Shown here piece after piece: positions 20,553 through 30,200 of a stretch of 64,000 nt of DNA (positions are counted from its first letter, which is position 1; every line of letters begins with the position of its first letter). This stretch comes from Alphaproteobacteria bacterium (GTDB taxonomy: Bacteria > Pseudomonadota > Alphaproteobacteria > CAAHEQ01 > UBA3637), in the NCBI GenBank assembly GCA_017466695.1, contig JAFTTR010000016.1, positions 4,015 to 68,014 on the forward strand, written 5' to 3'. A program made the translations under genes and the position numbers. The notes under the pieces were generated by a model. That model was not told where the DNA came from. It saw nothing but the letters and a program-made list of their open reading frames with translations, and did no database searches.

Positions 20553-21556
20553 AAGACTCTCTCAATTAATTTAGATAAGTATAAAAACATATAGCAAAAA
20601 ATTCCTGCAGTTAAAGGGGCTGCAATCCATGAGGATACAACTTGGCCTACAACTTTTAATTTAAGTCCATCAATTCCTTTTGCCAAGGCGATTGCAATAA
20701 TTGATCCTATAACTGCTTCAGATAAAGGAACGGGGAGCAAAGGGAATGAGGGAAGTGAAAGACTTGTTAAAATCATTTTAAGCGTTGCACTTGAAAAACA
20801 AAATAATGTTAAAGCACTTGCAAAAATGGTTATAAATGCTTCAATTGGAGAAAGGGGGAACATCCCACTACTCACTGTTTTAATCACTCTTTTGTCGGCA
20901 CTTGCAAAACCAATTGCAACAGCTAAAGCTGTTAACGCAAATAAAATATTTGTCATCTCTTTATTAACAGAAATATAAGGTCCTGCAATACTTGCAATAT
21001 TATTAGCCCCTAAAGCATAGGCTGAAAAAGCCCCTACAATCACCAATAAAATGCGAATAAGTATATCTCTATACAACAATTTAACAGGGTGTTTTTTTAG
21101 TAAAAACTTAAATATCCAAAACAAGATAAACGCCATCGCTCCAGATAAAAACGGCGTGTAAATCCAACCCATGAAACTTTTCACCACAAGTTTCGTATCC
21201 ACCATTAAATGATTAAAAATATTAAGAGCAATTAATGCGCCAGTACTTGTTTGTGTAATTGAAGCTGGAATACCAACCATACTTAAAAGATAAATCACAC
21301 ATCCTGCAGAAACACAAACAAAAAAAGCCTCTTTATAAGAAAAAATTTGCGCCAAATTATTCACATGTTTTGTTGTTTCAGCCCCGCTGAAAAAAACACC
21401 AAGAAAAACAAAAAAAGAGGCGCATATAACAGCTGTTTTGAGTGTTATCATTCTAGTACCAATCGCACTACCAAATAAATTACTCAAATTATTCCGGCCT
21501 AATGACCATCCTAAAAAAACAGCCCCTATACAATAAAAAGCATCTAAAAAAGACAT
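20549..21556 (-). CDS. inorganic phosphate transporter, PiT family
   Basis: 335 aa polytopic; N-terminal GRNNLSNLFGSAIGT-type PHO4 repeat; classic pairing with the upstream DUF47 gene. Confidence 0.8.
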   Translation of the reverse strand: MSFLDAFYCIGAVFLGWSLGRNNLSNLFGSAIGTRMITLKTAVICASFFVFLGVFFSGAETTKHVNNLAQIFSYKEAFFVCVSAGCVIYLLSMVGIPASITQTSTGALIALNIFNHLMVDTKLVVKSFMGWIYTPFLSGAMAFILFWIFKFLLKKHPVKLLYRDILIRILLVIVGAFSAYALGANNIASIAGPYISVNKEMTNILFALTALAVAIGFASADKRVIKTVSSGMFPLSPIEAFITIFASALTLFCFSSATLKMILTSLSLPSFPLLPVPLSEAVIGSIIAIALAKGIDGLKLKVVGQVVSSWIAAPLTAGIFCYMFLYLSKLIERVL

Positions 21557-21571
21557 TATCCCTTCCTTTTT

Positions 21572-22237
21572 CTATAAAGAATGCTTTACGGCCATAATAT
21601 TTAAAATATCAGCTGTATCTTCTGCAATATCAGATATTTTTTCAATATTATAGATAAACTCTTTTAATTGTATTTTTCTTGCTAACTCAATATTTGATTG
21701 AAAAACAACAGCTTTAAGTTGTAAAGCCTGACTATCAACCAAATGTTCCATTTGATATGTTTTTTTTGTAAACTCTTTAATTTCTTGCCCATCAAAAAAC
21801 ACTCGAACCCCTGATATTAATGAACCAACACATTCTAAATCTGTTTGGATCATTTTTAATAAATTTTCCTTTAAGTCACTAAGAACTTCAGGCTGTTCAA
21901 CAGATACAACCAATAAATTTGATTCATATTTATTGATAACTTTATCGCTCATTTCAAGTAATCTTAAAATATCTGAACGCATGTCTGGCAAAATCATATA
22001 GGCATACAAATTATTTTCTATCAATCTTCTATAAGAATCATTTTGAGCTTCTAAATTAGAAACTGCTTGTAACAATTTTTTAAACTCTTCATCTGCCCCT
22101 GATGAAATATAACAATTCATCGCTTGCCCATAAACAATACCTGCTTGAATGATATTCATAAGGAATGATGTAATCATTTTTTCAAGTTCATGTGTTTTTT
22201 TAAAAATATTCCATCCGAGTAATGTTTGTTTTTTCAT
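21572..22237 (-). CDS. DUF47 / PhoU-like phosphate transport regulator (YkaA family)
   Basis: 221 aa helical protein; position immediately upstream of pit is typical of the ykaA-pit pair. Confidence 0.7.
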   Translation of the reverse strand: MKKQTLLGWNIFKKTHELEKMITSFLMNIIQAGIVYGQAMNCYISSGADEEFKKLLQAVSNLEAQNDSYRRLIENNLYAYMILPDMRSDILRLLEMSDKVINKYESNLLVVSVEQPEVLSDLKENLLKMIQTDLECVGSLISGVRVFFDGQEIKEFTKKTYQMEHLVDSQALQLKAVVFQSNIELARKIQLKEFIYNIEKISDIAEDTADILNIMAVKHSL

Positions 22238-23360
22238 TTAAAATTCCTCGTTTTTACTTTCTTTAAGAGATAATCCGGACAAACTCGCACGCATAAAAGC
22301 ATTCAAATTGCCATCCAAAACACCTGATGTATCTGATGTTTCATATCCTGTTCTTAAATCTTTCACCATTTGATAAGGTTGTAAAACATATGATCGAATT
22401 TGATTACCCCAACCATTATCACCCTTGGCTTCTTCAATATCCCCTTGTGCTTGTTGTCTTTTTTTCAATTCAACTTCATAAAGACGTGATTTAAGCATAC
22501 TCCATGCCTCGTCTTTATTTTGAAATTGAGAGCGTCCTGTTTGACTTTGAACAACAATTCCTGTTGGAATATGTGTAATTCGAACAGCACTTTCCGTTCT
22601 GTTTACATGTTGCCCACCAGCACCAGATGCTCTAAAAACATCAATCCGACAGTCTGCTGGATTGATTTCAATATCAATAGAATCATCAACAACAGGATAA
22701 ACCCAAACTGAGGCAAAACTTGTATGTCTGCGTGCATTTGAATCAAATGGAGAAATACGAACCAAACGATGAACACCAGATTCATATTTGAGCCATCCAT
22801 ATGCATTCAATCCTTCAATCTTGATGGTTGCAGATTTAATACCAGCCTCATCTCCAGGACTTTCTTCCAACAAGGTTACTTTGTATCCATTTTTTTCAGC
22901 CCAACGCATATACATGCGCTCTAACATACTGGCCCAATCCTGCGATTCTGTTCCACCAGCTCCTGAGTGAATTTCTAAGAACGAGTCATTTGCATCCCCT
23001 TCTTTACTTAACAAAGAGGATAAGAGCATTTCTTCAATTTCGGTATCTAAAGAGGCAAAAGATGATTCAGCTTCAGCTAATAAATCACCCTCTCCTTCTA
23101 ATTCTGACAATTCAATCATCTCATACAATGACTTAACTTCATTTTCAACAGATTGAATCTTTTCAATTTTATCAATTAATCGTGTTCTTTCACTAATCAA
23201 TTTTTGCGCGCGAACAGGATCATCCCATAAGGAAGATTCCTGTGTTAAAGCATCTAGCTCGTCCTTTCTGAGTTTTGCGTTATCCCAGTCAAAGACGTCC
23301 TTTCAGCAAATCAATTGCCGTTTGATATTTTTGATAAAAAGATATAATTTCAGCTTTCAT
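22238..23360 (-). CDS. prfB: peptide chain release factor 2, with programmed +1 frameshift
   Basis: Frame 0 from ATG 23360: [23 protein letters not shown] then in-frame TGA. The +1 frame continues [41 protein letters not shown]... into the ORF-track body (GGQ motif [14 protein letters not shown] motif). AAGGGGA SD before the ATG. Confidence 0.93.
23286..23296 (-). other. prfB +1 programmed frameshift site (CUU UGA C)
   Basis: Minus-strand sequence ...AAAGGACGU CUU UGA CUG...: canonical CUU-UGA-C shifty stop with an SD-like AGGA a few nt upstream. Confidence 0.9.
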
Positions 23361-23369
23361 TTTATCCCC

Positions 23370-23801
23370 TTAAGATTTCACTTGTCCATCAGAGAGAGGA
23401 AAATTTCTTTTAGAAGCATTGATTTTCCTTGCAACATCCTTTATTTCTGTTTTTTCTTGAAAATCAACACCTAAATTTTCTTCTAAACACTTTAAACAAT
23501 GTGATACACACAAAATACGACATTCTTTTGAAACGCGCTCAACCAACTTTTTTCGCACAATCTCATTTTTTTTCAACAAATAACGTAATTTTTGAATTTT
23601 TTGATCAGCATATCTATCCGTTTCAAAAACCATTTTATCTAAATGATTTGATACTTTTTTTTTGCAAAGGGGCATATTTTTAAGATAAGAACTAGCATCC
23701 AGCATCATTAAAAAGGCCTCATATACCAAAGGAGTTTGCAACAATTCTTTTGCTGTTTTCAACCCCATCAAATTGTTCTCTGACTTTTTAATTTTTACCA
23801 T
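23370..23801 (-). CDS. hypothetical basic helical protein, paralog B of tandem pair
   Basis: 143 aa; shares blocks AK.LL...LVY and VF..R.YA ... LLLK..E.R..IV with the upstream paralog; C-x4-C-x3-HC-x2-C cluster; stop 9 nt before the prfB SD. Confidence 0.55.
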   Translation of the reverse strand: MVKIKKSENNLMGLKTAKELLQTPLVYEAFLMMLDASSYLKNMPLCKKKVSNHLDKMVFETDRYADQKIQKLRYLLKKNEIVRKKLVERVSKECRILCVSHCLKCLEENLGVDFQEKTEIKDVARKINASKRNFPLSDGQVKS

Positions 23802-24280
23802 TTAATATTTTCCTTTGTTTTAGAAAAACGCGTGAAAAAATTTCCAATCTTACGTGCAATTTTTCTTGGAAAACTTGGGTTTATATTTTTCACTAAGCGA
23901 TTGCAACTTTTTGCAAAATATTTTTTCAGCTCTAAACCTTCCTCCTCTAAAATATCTTTAACAATTTGCATACGAACTTCTTTTGTTTTTAAAAGTAACC
24001 GCATTTGAATAAGTTCATGATCTAAAATCTCATAATAATTGCGCAATCTATCCGGCAAAACACATCCTTCTTGAATAACGGATGCATAATCTCTCGTTTT
24101 ATCAAAAACTTCTCTTTCTTTATTTTTTTCAATCGCAATAGGATTTGAAGAAACTTTATTCTCACTTTGTGTTAACATTAATGATTTGACATGGTTATAT
24201 ACCAAGGCAGATTTTAACAGCCTTTTTGCCATTTTTATTTTTTCATCTGATGTTAAATAATTAATTAATTCATCTTGCAT
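23795..24280 (-). CDS. hypothetical basic helical protein, paralog A of tandem pair
   Basis: 161 aa; overlaps paralog B start by 7 nt; 8 nt downstream of the mrcA stop. Confidence 0.55.
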   Translation of the reverse strand: MQDELINYLTSDEKIKMAKRLLKSALVYNHVKSLMLTQSENKVSSNPIAIEKNKEREVFDKTRDYASVIQEGCVLPDRLRNYYEILDHELIQMRLLLKTKEVRMQIVKDILEEEGLELKKYFAKSCNRLVKNINPSFPRKIARKIGNFFTRFSKTKENIKW

Positions 24281-24288
24281 ATTTTATC

Positions 24289-26682
24289 CTAATATAATCC
24301 ACCAATTTCAGGCATTGCTTCATCTTTTTCTTCAATAATATCTTTTCCTCCAATAACAGACTTTGAAGGCATATCACTGTCCGTTGTTTTAAAGGCTTCT
24401 TGAATGGTTTTTCCTGTTGTTTGAGGAACACCCGTTACAGGATTAACACGAACCAAACGAATACCTTGTGGAACTCTAAATGGAACATCTGGTTTATCTT
24501 TAAGAGCCTCACTCATAAAATCTCTGAAAATAGGACCTGCAACAACACCACCCGTATCATTTGCCCCTAATGTTTGTGGATTATCAAATCCAATCCAAAC
24601 ACCAGCGACTAAATCTGGTGAAAATCCAATAAACCAAGCATCAAAACTATCATTACTGGTTCCACTTTTAGCTCCCAAAGTTCTGCGAACAGCTTTTGCA
24701 ACACGCCCAGTTCCTCTCTCAACCACACCCGTTAAAATATTCACCATTTGATAGGCACTAACAGGATCTTGAATTTGTTCTCTGTCATCAACAATTTCAG
24801 GTTTTGCTTCAGGACTTGCAAGTTCTCCCACACAATTTGGACAAGGTCTCATATCATGCTTATAAATTGTATTTCCATCCCTATCTTGAATACGGTCAAT
24901 TAAATTTGGTGTGATTTTTTTACCCCCATTAACAAAAGCGCCATAAGCCGTTGTCAATTTCATTAAAGTCGTTTCATGTGCTCCTAAAGCAGAAGATAAA
25001 ACTTCTTGCAAATCATCTGCAATCCCAAATTTTCGTGCATATCTTGAAACTTTTTTCATCCCAATTGATTGCGCCAAACGAATCGTCATTAAATTTCGAG
25101 ATTTTTCAAGCCCAATACGAAGCGTTGTCGGACCATAGAATTTTTTACTATAGTTTTTAGGTTTCCAAACACTCCCATCAGGTAAGCGCATTACAATTGG
25201 CGCATCCAAAATTAACGTTGAGGGCGTATATCCAGAATCCAATGCTGCTAAATACACAAATGGTTTAAATGAAGACCCTGGCTGACGCATGGCTTGAATG
25301 CCACGATTAAACTGGTTTCGATAAAAAGAAAAACCACCAACCATTGCTAAAACACGCCCCGTATGAGGGTCAAGCGCAATTAAGGACCCTTCGGCTTTGG
25401 GTTCTTGTTGGAGCAAATATGTCCCTTCTTTTTCATCTTTAGGGCTAACAAAAACAACATCTCCAGCTTTTAAAACATCAGAAACTTTTTCAACCGGTGT
25501 TAATGAAATTCTCGCATTTTCCAATGCCTGACGAGCCCATTTTAATGTTGTTAATAAAATTTTTCCACTCTTACCATTGGAAAGATAAATATCTGCCTCT
25601 TTATTAGATACTTTAGTTACAACAGCATAAAGCCAATTTTCAGGTACATAAGCAGGAACTTCTTTTTTTTCAAAATCAACTTGCCAATTTGATTTTAAAT
25701 CCACATGCTCAACAGCCCCGCGCCATCCATGGCGTTTATCATAATTCAACAACCCTTCTTGCAATGCATTAACGGCAGCAGTTTGTAATTTAGGATCCAA
25801 ACTTGTTCGAATGAATAAGCCACCATTATACATGGCATCTTCACCATATTTATCGACAATAAAACGCCTTACTTCTTCAGCATAATATCCATTCACACGT
25901 AAAGCATTTTTAGGTCGTTCTACCACGACCAAATCTTCCTCAGTTGCTTTTTTTGCTTCATCTAAGGTAATATACCCATCATCCAACATACGAGAAATAA
26001 CCCAATTTCTTCTTAGCAAAGCCTGTTCTTTCTTTCGAGTCGGATGATAATTATTCGGCGCTTTAGGAAGAGCCGCTAAATACGCCACTTCGGCAATCGT
26101 CAAATCTTTTAAATCTTTATTAAAATAATTAAGAGCAGCACTTGCAACTCCGTATGCCCCCTGCCCCAAATAAATTTCATTCAAGTAAAGTTCCAAAATA
26201 TGATCTTTTGTGTAGGTTTGCTCAATTTTTCTTGCCAACAAGGCTTCTTTAATTTTTCGTGCAATTGATTGTTCAGAAGAAAGTAAAAAATTCTTCGCAA
26301 CTTGTTGTGTAATAGTTGACGCTCCCATAGGACGACGACCTGTACCAATATTTTTCACATTGATAATCATGGCACGTGCAAGTCCCATAAAATCAATCCC
26401 AGAATGTTCGTAAAAATTCTTATCTTCTGCTGATAAAAATGCATTCACAACTTGAGTGGGAATACTTTCAATTGGAACAAAAGACCTCTTTTCATTTGCA
26501 TATTCAGCCATTAAAGAGCCATCATTTGCATATAATCTTGATGTTACCAAAGGCCTATAATCTGCCAACTGTTTATAATCTGGCAGCCCAACTGAAAAAT
26601 GTATCACAACGGCAAAACCGATAATAAAAACAATAAAACAGCAGAAAAATGCCAAACTCACCAAAGTTGAAAGTATTCTCAT
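24289..26682 (-). CDS. mrcA: penicillin-binding protein 1A (bifunctional transglycosylase/transpeptidase)
   Basis: 797 aa; N-terminal TM anchor, GT51 motifs (EDKNFYEHSGID, RKxxE), transpeptidase SxxK (GSSFKPF), SxN and KTG(T/S) (KSGTSND). Confidence 0.95.
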   Translation of the reverse strand: MRILSTLVSLAFFCCFIVFIIGFAVVIHFSVGLPDYKQLADYRPLVTSRLYANDGSLMAEYANEKRSFVPIESIPTQVVNAFLSAEDKNFYEHSGIDFMGLARAMIINVKNIGTGRRPMGASTITQQVAKNFLLSSEQSIARKIKEALLARKIEQTYTKDHILELYLNEIYLGQGAYGVASAALNYFNKDLKDLTIAEVAYLAALPKAPNNYHPTRKKEQALLRRNWVISRMLDDGYITLDEAKKATEEDLVVVERPKNALRVNGYYAEEVRRFIVDKYGEDAMYNGGLFIRTSLDPKLQTAAVNALQEGLLNYDKRHGWRGAVEHVDLKSNWQVDFEKKEVPAYVPENWLYAVVTKVSNKEADIYLSNGKSGKILLTTLKWARQALENARISLTPVEKVSDVLKAGDVVFVSPKDEKEGTYLLQQEPKAEGSLIALDPHTGRVLAMVGGFSFYRNQFNRGIQAMRQPGSSFKPFVYLAALDSGYTPSTLILDAPIVMRLPDGSVWKPKNYSKKFYGPTTLRIGLEKSRNLMTIRLAQSIGMKKVSRYARKFGIADDLQEVLSSALGAHETTLMKLTTAYGAFVNGGKKITPNLIDRIQDRDGNTIYKHDMRPCPNCVGELASPEAKPEIVDDREQIQDPVSAYQMVNILTGVVERGTGRVAKAVRRTLGAKSGTSNDSFDAWFIGFSPDLVAGVWIGFDNPQTLGANDTGGVVAGPIFRDFMSEALKDKPDVPFRVPQGIRLVRVNPVTGVPQTTGKTIQEAFKTTDSDMPSKSVIGGKDIIEEKDEAMPEIGGLY

Positions 26683-26946
26683 TATCGTTTAAATCCTTTT
26701 TTAACCGTTATTTACAAAAAAAATCATTCTTATTTTACGTTAAAGGATTATATACGTCTTTTCAAAAATTTTCAAGAATAAAATCAATATGTTTTAAAAT
26801 AATCTTCCCGTAACATTGCAATTTTTAAACACCTTAATTTTATTTTTCTCTATTCAACTTATTTTCTTTAAAACAATAAAAAAATACCAAAATAATTCTT
26901 TAAAAACTTATAGAATAAAAAAGATTGTTTTTTTCATTTAAAATAT

Positions 26947-26974
26947 AAAAAACTCCCAAAAAGGGAGTTTTTTA
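26947..26974. terminator. rho-independent terminator abutting the tRNA-Leu 3' end
   Basis: aactccc aaaaa gggagtt stem-loop followed by T6; A-run on other side (bidirectional). Confidence 0.65.
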
Positions 26975-27059
26975 TGGTGCGGTTAAGAAGACTCGAACTT
27001 CCACGGATCTCTCCACAGCGACCTCAACGCTGCGCGTCTACCAATTCCGCCATAACCGC
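26975..27059 (-). tRNA. tRNA-Leu (anticodon GAG), type II with long variable arm
   Basis: Minus-strand read GCGGTTATGGCGGAATTGGTAGACGCGCAGCGTTGAGGTCGCTGTGGAGAGATCCGTGGAAGTTCGAGTCTTCTTAACCGCACCA: 7-bp acceptor stem, D-loop GGAATTGGTAGAC, anticodon loop TTGAGGT, long extra arm, TPsiC GTTCGAGTC, encoded CCA. Confidence 0.85.
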
Positions 27060-27187
27060 AAAATTTAGGTGCATTATAGATAAGTTTTTTTTAAAATGCA
27101 AGATTTTTTTTAAATTCTTTATAAAAATATTTATCTTATCTAAAATAAAAAAAGTGGCACCCATACTGGCACCACTTTTTTTTAAAA

Positions 27188-27349
27188 CTATTTTCCACAA
27201 GGAGAAACAATTTCTGATAATGATAAAACACCAAACAAATATTGGTTTGTACAAACTTTTTGACCACCAATACGACCACGTTCACCCATACAACCGGACA
27301 ATGTAGAAACAGCAAAAACAAGAGCTGCAACCAATAACAATTTTTTCAT
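27188..27349 (-). CDS. small lipoprotein (53 aa), not in ORF track
   Basis: MKKLLLVAALVFAVSTLSGC|MGERGRIGGQKVCTNQYLFGVLSLSEIVSPCGK: signal peptide with lipobox LSGC; purine-rich stretch before the ATG. Confidence 0.5.
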   Translation of the reverse strand: MKKLLLVAALVFAVSTLSGCMGERGRIGGQKVCTNQYLFGVLSLSEIVSPCGK

Positions 27350-27441
27350 TTTAATATCCTTTCTTTTGTTATTTACAACATTTAAAATACATCAAAACAA
27401 AAACTATTGTCAAATACTATTGTATGAATAAACAAAAAAAC

Positions 27442-27897
27442 TTAAGAACTCAAACTTTCTAAAATAACAGTTCCTTTTTTTTGGCGTGCAGCCATATATT
27501 GTTTACGAAGAGAATCTCTAACCTTATGAGGCTCTCTAATCTTGTGCATTTTTAATAATCCAGTTTTATCTGTTGAATTTATATAAATATCTCCAACATC
27601 AGCCCATACATCAATCATCGATTGCGAGGCAGAACTATCAACAATTCTGAACAATTCAATTTCATCAACATCTTTCGAGAAAATACCAGAAATAATCACT
27701 AAACGCTGTGATGTTAAGACATAACTATGATAAATTCGATTATAGTGCAATGCAATTAAAAAAATACCACATGTTACAATTGTTAAAATTAAATAAAAAA
27801 TATTAAACTTAACATCTCTAATAGAACCAGTCACTTCCCAAATAAAAGTTTCATCCTTATCAATAATACTTTGAATTATTCTGTCATTCAAACTCAT
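27442..27897 (-). CDS. bacterial PH-domain (YdbS/YdbT-like, DUF304) membrane protein
   Basis: 151 aa; two TM hairpin after N-terminal segment then soluble domain; architecture typical of the bPH_2 family. Confidence 0.5.
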   Translation of the reverse strand: MSLNDRIIQSIIDKDETFIWEVTGSIRDVKFNIFYLILTIVTCGIFLIALHYNRIYHSYVLTSQRLVIISGIFSKDVDEIELFRIVDSSASQSMIDVWADVGDIYINSTDKTGLLKMHKIREPHKVRDSLRKQYMAARQKKGTVILESLSS

Positions 27898-28110
27898 TAT
27901 CCGCCTCCTTTAAATACACTTTAATTTAGAAGTACCATACTTCAAAAGAAAACTCAAGAATTTTATTCACACATATTAAAATATAAAAAAAGACACCCCT
28001 TACATAAAGGAATATTTTTTTTGCAATTTTTTCAACCACTTACCTAGACAACCTTTATTTTCATACCTAATGTAAACTTGCTTCAGTTTATTTTAAGAAA
28101 GGAGATTAAA

Positions 28111-28698
28111 ATGAAGAAACATTTATTATCAGGCTTTGCTGCTGCACTTATGTTATTTGCAGCAACATCAGCTTCTGCGTACGATTTTAGCAAGCCTTAT
28201 GTATTAGCAGAAGGTGGTTATTCAATGGGTACAAATGCAAATGGGGATGCAGGTATTTTAGGCGTTGGTGCAGGGTATCATATCAACAAATATTTCCGTA
28301 CAGACTTAACCGTTGGTTACCGTGGTTGGGGTAATGTAGATATGCGTGCGGACAGAAGTAAAAAAACTGATGTTTGGTCTATTCCTGTTTTAGCTAACTT
28401 CTATTTATCATACCCATTAACACAAAAATTTGATGTATATGGTATGGCTGGTCTTGGTATGGCATGGAACAAAACTGATGATATGCCAGATGCAAAAGGT
28501 GCAACAAAAAGTAATTTTGCTTGGACAATTGGTGCAGGCATTGAACACATGTTCACAGATTGCATGGCTTTAGATCTTGGCTATCGTTACTCTGATCTTG
28601 GCGAAGCTCGTATTAAATCACGTGCCGGTTTCACAGGAAAAAGCAAAGAAGACATGCGTTCTCATGACATCAAATTAACTGCTAGATATTATTTTTAA
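28111..28698 (+). CDS. outer-membrane beta-barrel protein (OmpA-like TM domain / opacity-porin family)
   Basis: Start at MKKHLL (AAAGGAG SD). Signal peptide ending ASA|YD; alternating amphipathic beta-strands; C-terminal aromatic YYF. Confidence 0.75.
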   Translation: MKKHLLSGFAAALMLFAATSASAYDFSKPYVLAEGGYSMGTNANGDAGILGVGAGYHINKYFRTDLTVGYRGWGNVDMRADRSKKTDVWSIPVLANFYLSYPLTQKFDVYGMAGLGMAWNKTDDMPDAKGATKSNFAWTIGAGIEHMFTDCMALDLGYRYSDLGEARIKSRAGFTGKSKEDMRSHDIKLTARYYF

Positions 28699-28711
28699 GA
28701 CTCCCACTTAA

Positions 28712-28760
28712 AAATAAACGTGCGTGGCATTTTTTTCAACCAATGCCACGCATTTATTTT
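28712..28760. terminator. bidirectional terminator between convergent omp and rluD-like genes
   Basis: 11-bp stem tgcgtggcatt / aatgccacgca with 10-nt loop, flanked by A-rich/T-rich arms. Confidence 0.7.
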
Positions 28761-29773
28761 ATTACGAATTCAGTTTCAAGAAGCTCTTTTAATTCTTGCA
28801 TATCTTTAGGCATTTTCGCTTCAAAAGACAACCGTTCACCCGTTTTAGGATGAACAAAACTTAAAAAACCAGCATGTAAAGCTTGTCTATTAAAAAAACG
28901 TAACCGTGTGTCAGCCATTTTAGGAACAACCCCATAAACACTATCTCCAATCAGCGAATGACCTAATGAAGATAAGTGAACCCTAATTTGATGGGTCCTT
29001 CCTGTTTCTAACACACATTTAACATATGAAGCTGGCGCTTTAGGATAGCTATCAATACACTCATAATGCGTTACAGCATGTTTTCCCCCTTGTGTTACAA
29101 TAGCCATTTTTTGTCTATTGGATGAACTTCGTCCAATAAAAGTAGAAATCACATCCTCTTTCTTTTTCAACACACCCCAAACAAATGCATGATATACACG
29201 TTCAATTGTGTGTTTTGAAAATTGCTCAGCTAAATGAACATGCGAAAAATCATTTTTAGCAACAACCAAAACACCACTCGTGTCTTTATCAATTCTGTGC
29301 ACAATACCAGGGCGCAACACGCCACCAATTCCCGACAAAGATTCTTTACAATGATACAACAATGCATTTACCAGTGTTCCCGTGTAATTACCTGCACCCG
29401 GATGCACCACCATACCAGCTGGTTTATTAACAACAATTAAATCATCATCTTCATACAATACATCTAACTCAATTTTTTCAGCTTGAGGTATAGCCGGAAT
29501 ACTTTCAGGCAAAGTTATAACAAAAGAATCCCCTTCTTTAACTTTTAAATCAGGCTTATCAGCATATTTTTCAACCCCCACATATTTCACACAATCCGTT
29601 TCAATAAATTTAATAATACGAGACCTTGAATATTCAGAAAAGCAAGAAACCAAAAACTTGTCTAATCTCATATTTTTTTCATCAAAAGACACTTTTTTCG
29701 TGACAAGAGGTTCATTTTTGTTATAATTCTCATCCGATTCTAACAAATTTTCAAAATCTTGTTCTGTGTTCAT
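28754..29773 (-). CDS. RluA/RluD-family 23S rRNA pseudouridine synthase with S4-like N-terminal domain
   Basis: Start chosen at MNTEQDFE (GGAGAA SD), not the longer ORF. Catalytic motif HRIDKDTSGVLVVAKN. Confidence 0.85.
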   Translation of the reverse strand: MNTEQDFENLLESDENYNKNEPLVTKKVSFDEKNMRLDKFLVSCFSEYSRSRIIKFIETDCVKYVGVEKYADKPDLKVKEGDSFVITLPESIPAIPQAEKIELDVLYEDDDLIVVNKPAGMVVHPGAGNYTGTLVNALLYHCKESLSGIGGVLRPGIVHRIDKDTSGVLVVAKNDFSHVHLAEQFSKHTIERVYHAFVWGVLKKKEDVISTFIGRSSSNRQKMAIVTQGGKHAVTHYECIDSYPKAPASYVKCVLETGRTHQIRVHLSSLGHSLIGDSVYGVVPKMADTRLRFFNRQALHAGFLSFVHPKTGERLSFEAKMPKDMQELKELLETEFVIK

Positions 29774-29801
29774 CTTTTTCTCCAACAATAAGGATTGTTT
29801 T

Positions 29802-30110
29802 ATGAATGCACTTAAAATTGCAAAATTAGTCGTCTTTACGTTATCCATCTTTTTAATAGCTGGATTTTGTCTTATTATTTCAAAAATAACAGATAGACAA
29901 GAAAAAATCAACTTTAAAAATATAGCAAATCAAACCACCTTAAATGAAACAAGTGTTTTTTTGTCAGAACAAGAAAATGTTAAAGATATATTTTCTTGCA
30001 GTCAATACATTTGCATAACACTTCAAAAAGAAAATCACCCGACTCAAATTATCATTATTTCTCCTGAAACAGGAAAAATCTTTAATAAAATTTCATTTAA
30101 AACAAAATAA
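29802..30110 (+). CDS. hypothetical membrane-anchored small protein
   Basis: About 102 aa from MNALKIAKLVVFTLSIFLIAGFCLII; single N-terminal TM. Confidence 0.4.
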   Translation: MNALKIAKLVVFTLSIFLIAGFCLIISKITDRQEKINFKNIANQTTLNETSVFLSEQENVKDIFSCSQYICITLQKENHPTQIIIISPETGKIFNKISFKTK

Positions 30111-30200
30111 CTTTTTATATTTACAATAAAAAGCCTCTTTGTTAACCATTTATTCACTCTTTTTAGGGCAAAATTATGTATATTTATTTGTTAAAGATGA

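Noticed and set aside
27150-27181. Apparent terminator hairpin aaaaaagtggcacccatactggcaccactttttttt.
   Set aside because: On inspection the complementary stem is only about 6 bp (aagtgg/ccactt) with a 14-nt loop. The striking part is a direct tggcacc repeat, not an inverted one. Too weak to call.
26974-27306. 110-aa plus-strand ORF in the mrcA downstream gap.
   Set aside because: Overlaps the tRNA-Leu gene and its terminator. Translation is poly-Phe/Lys AT-rich noise. The minus-strand 53-aa lipoprotein is the more plausible coding feature here.
29774-29911. Long N-terminal extension of the pseudouridine synthase ORF (MIFSCLSVIFEIIRQNPAIKK...).
   Set aside because: No SD; hydrophobic junk-like sequence. 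Internal ATG at 29773 has a GGAGAA SD and gives an RluD-sized product.
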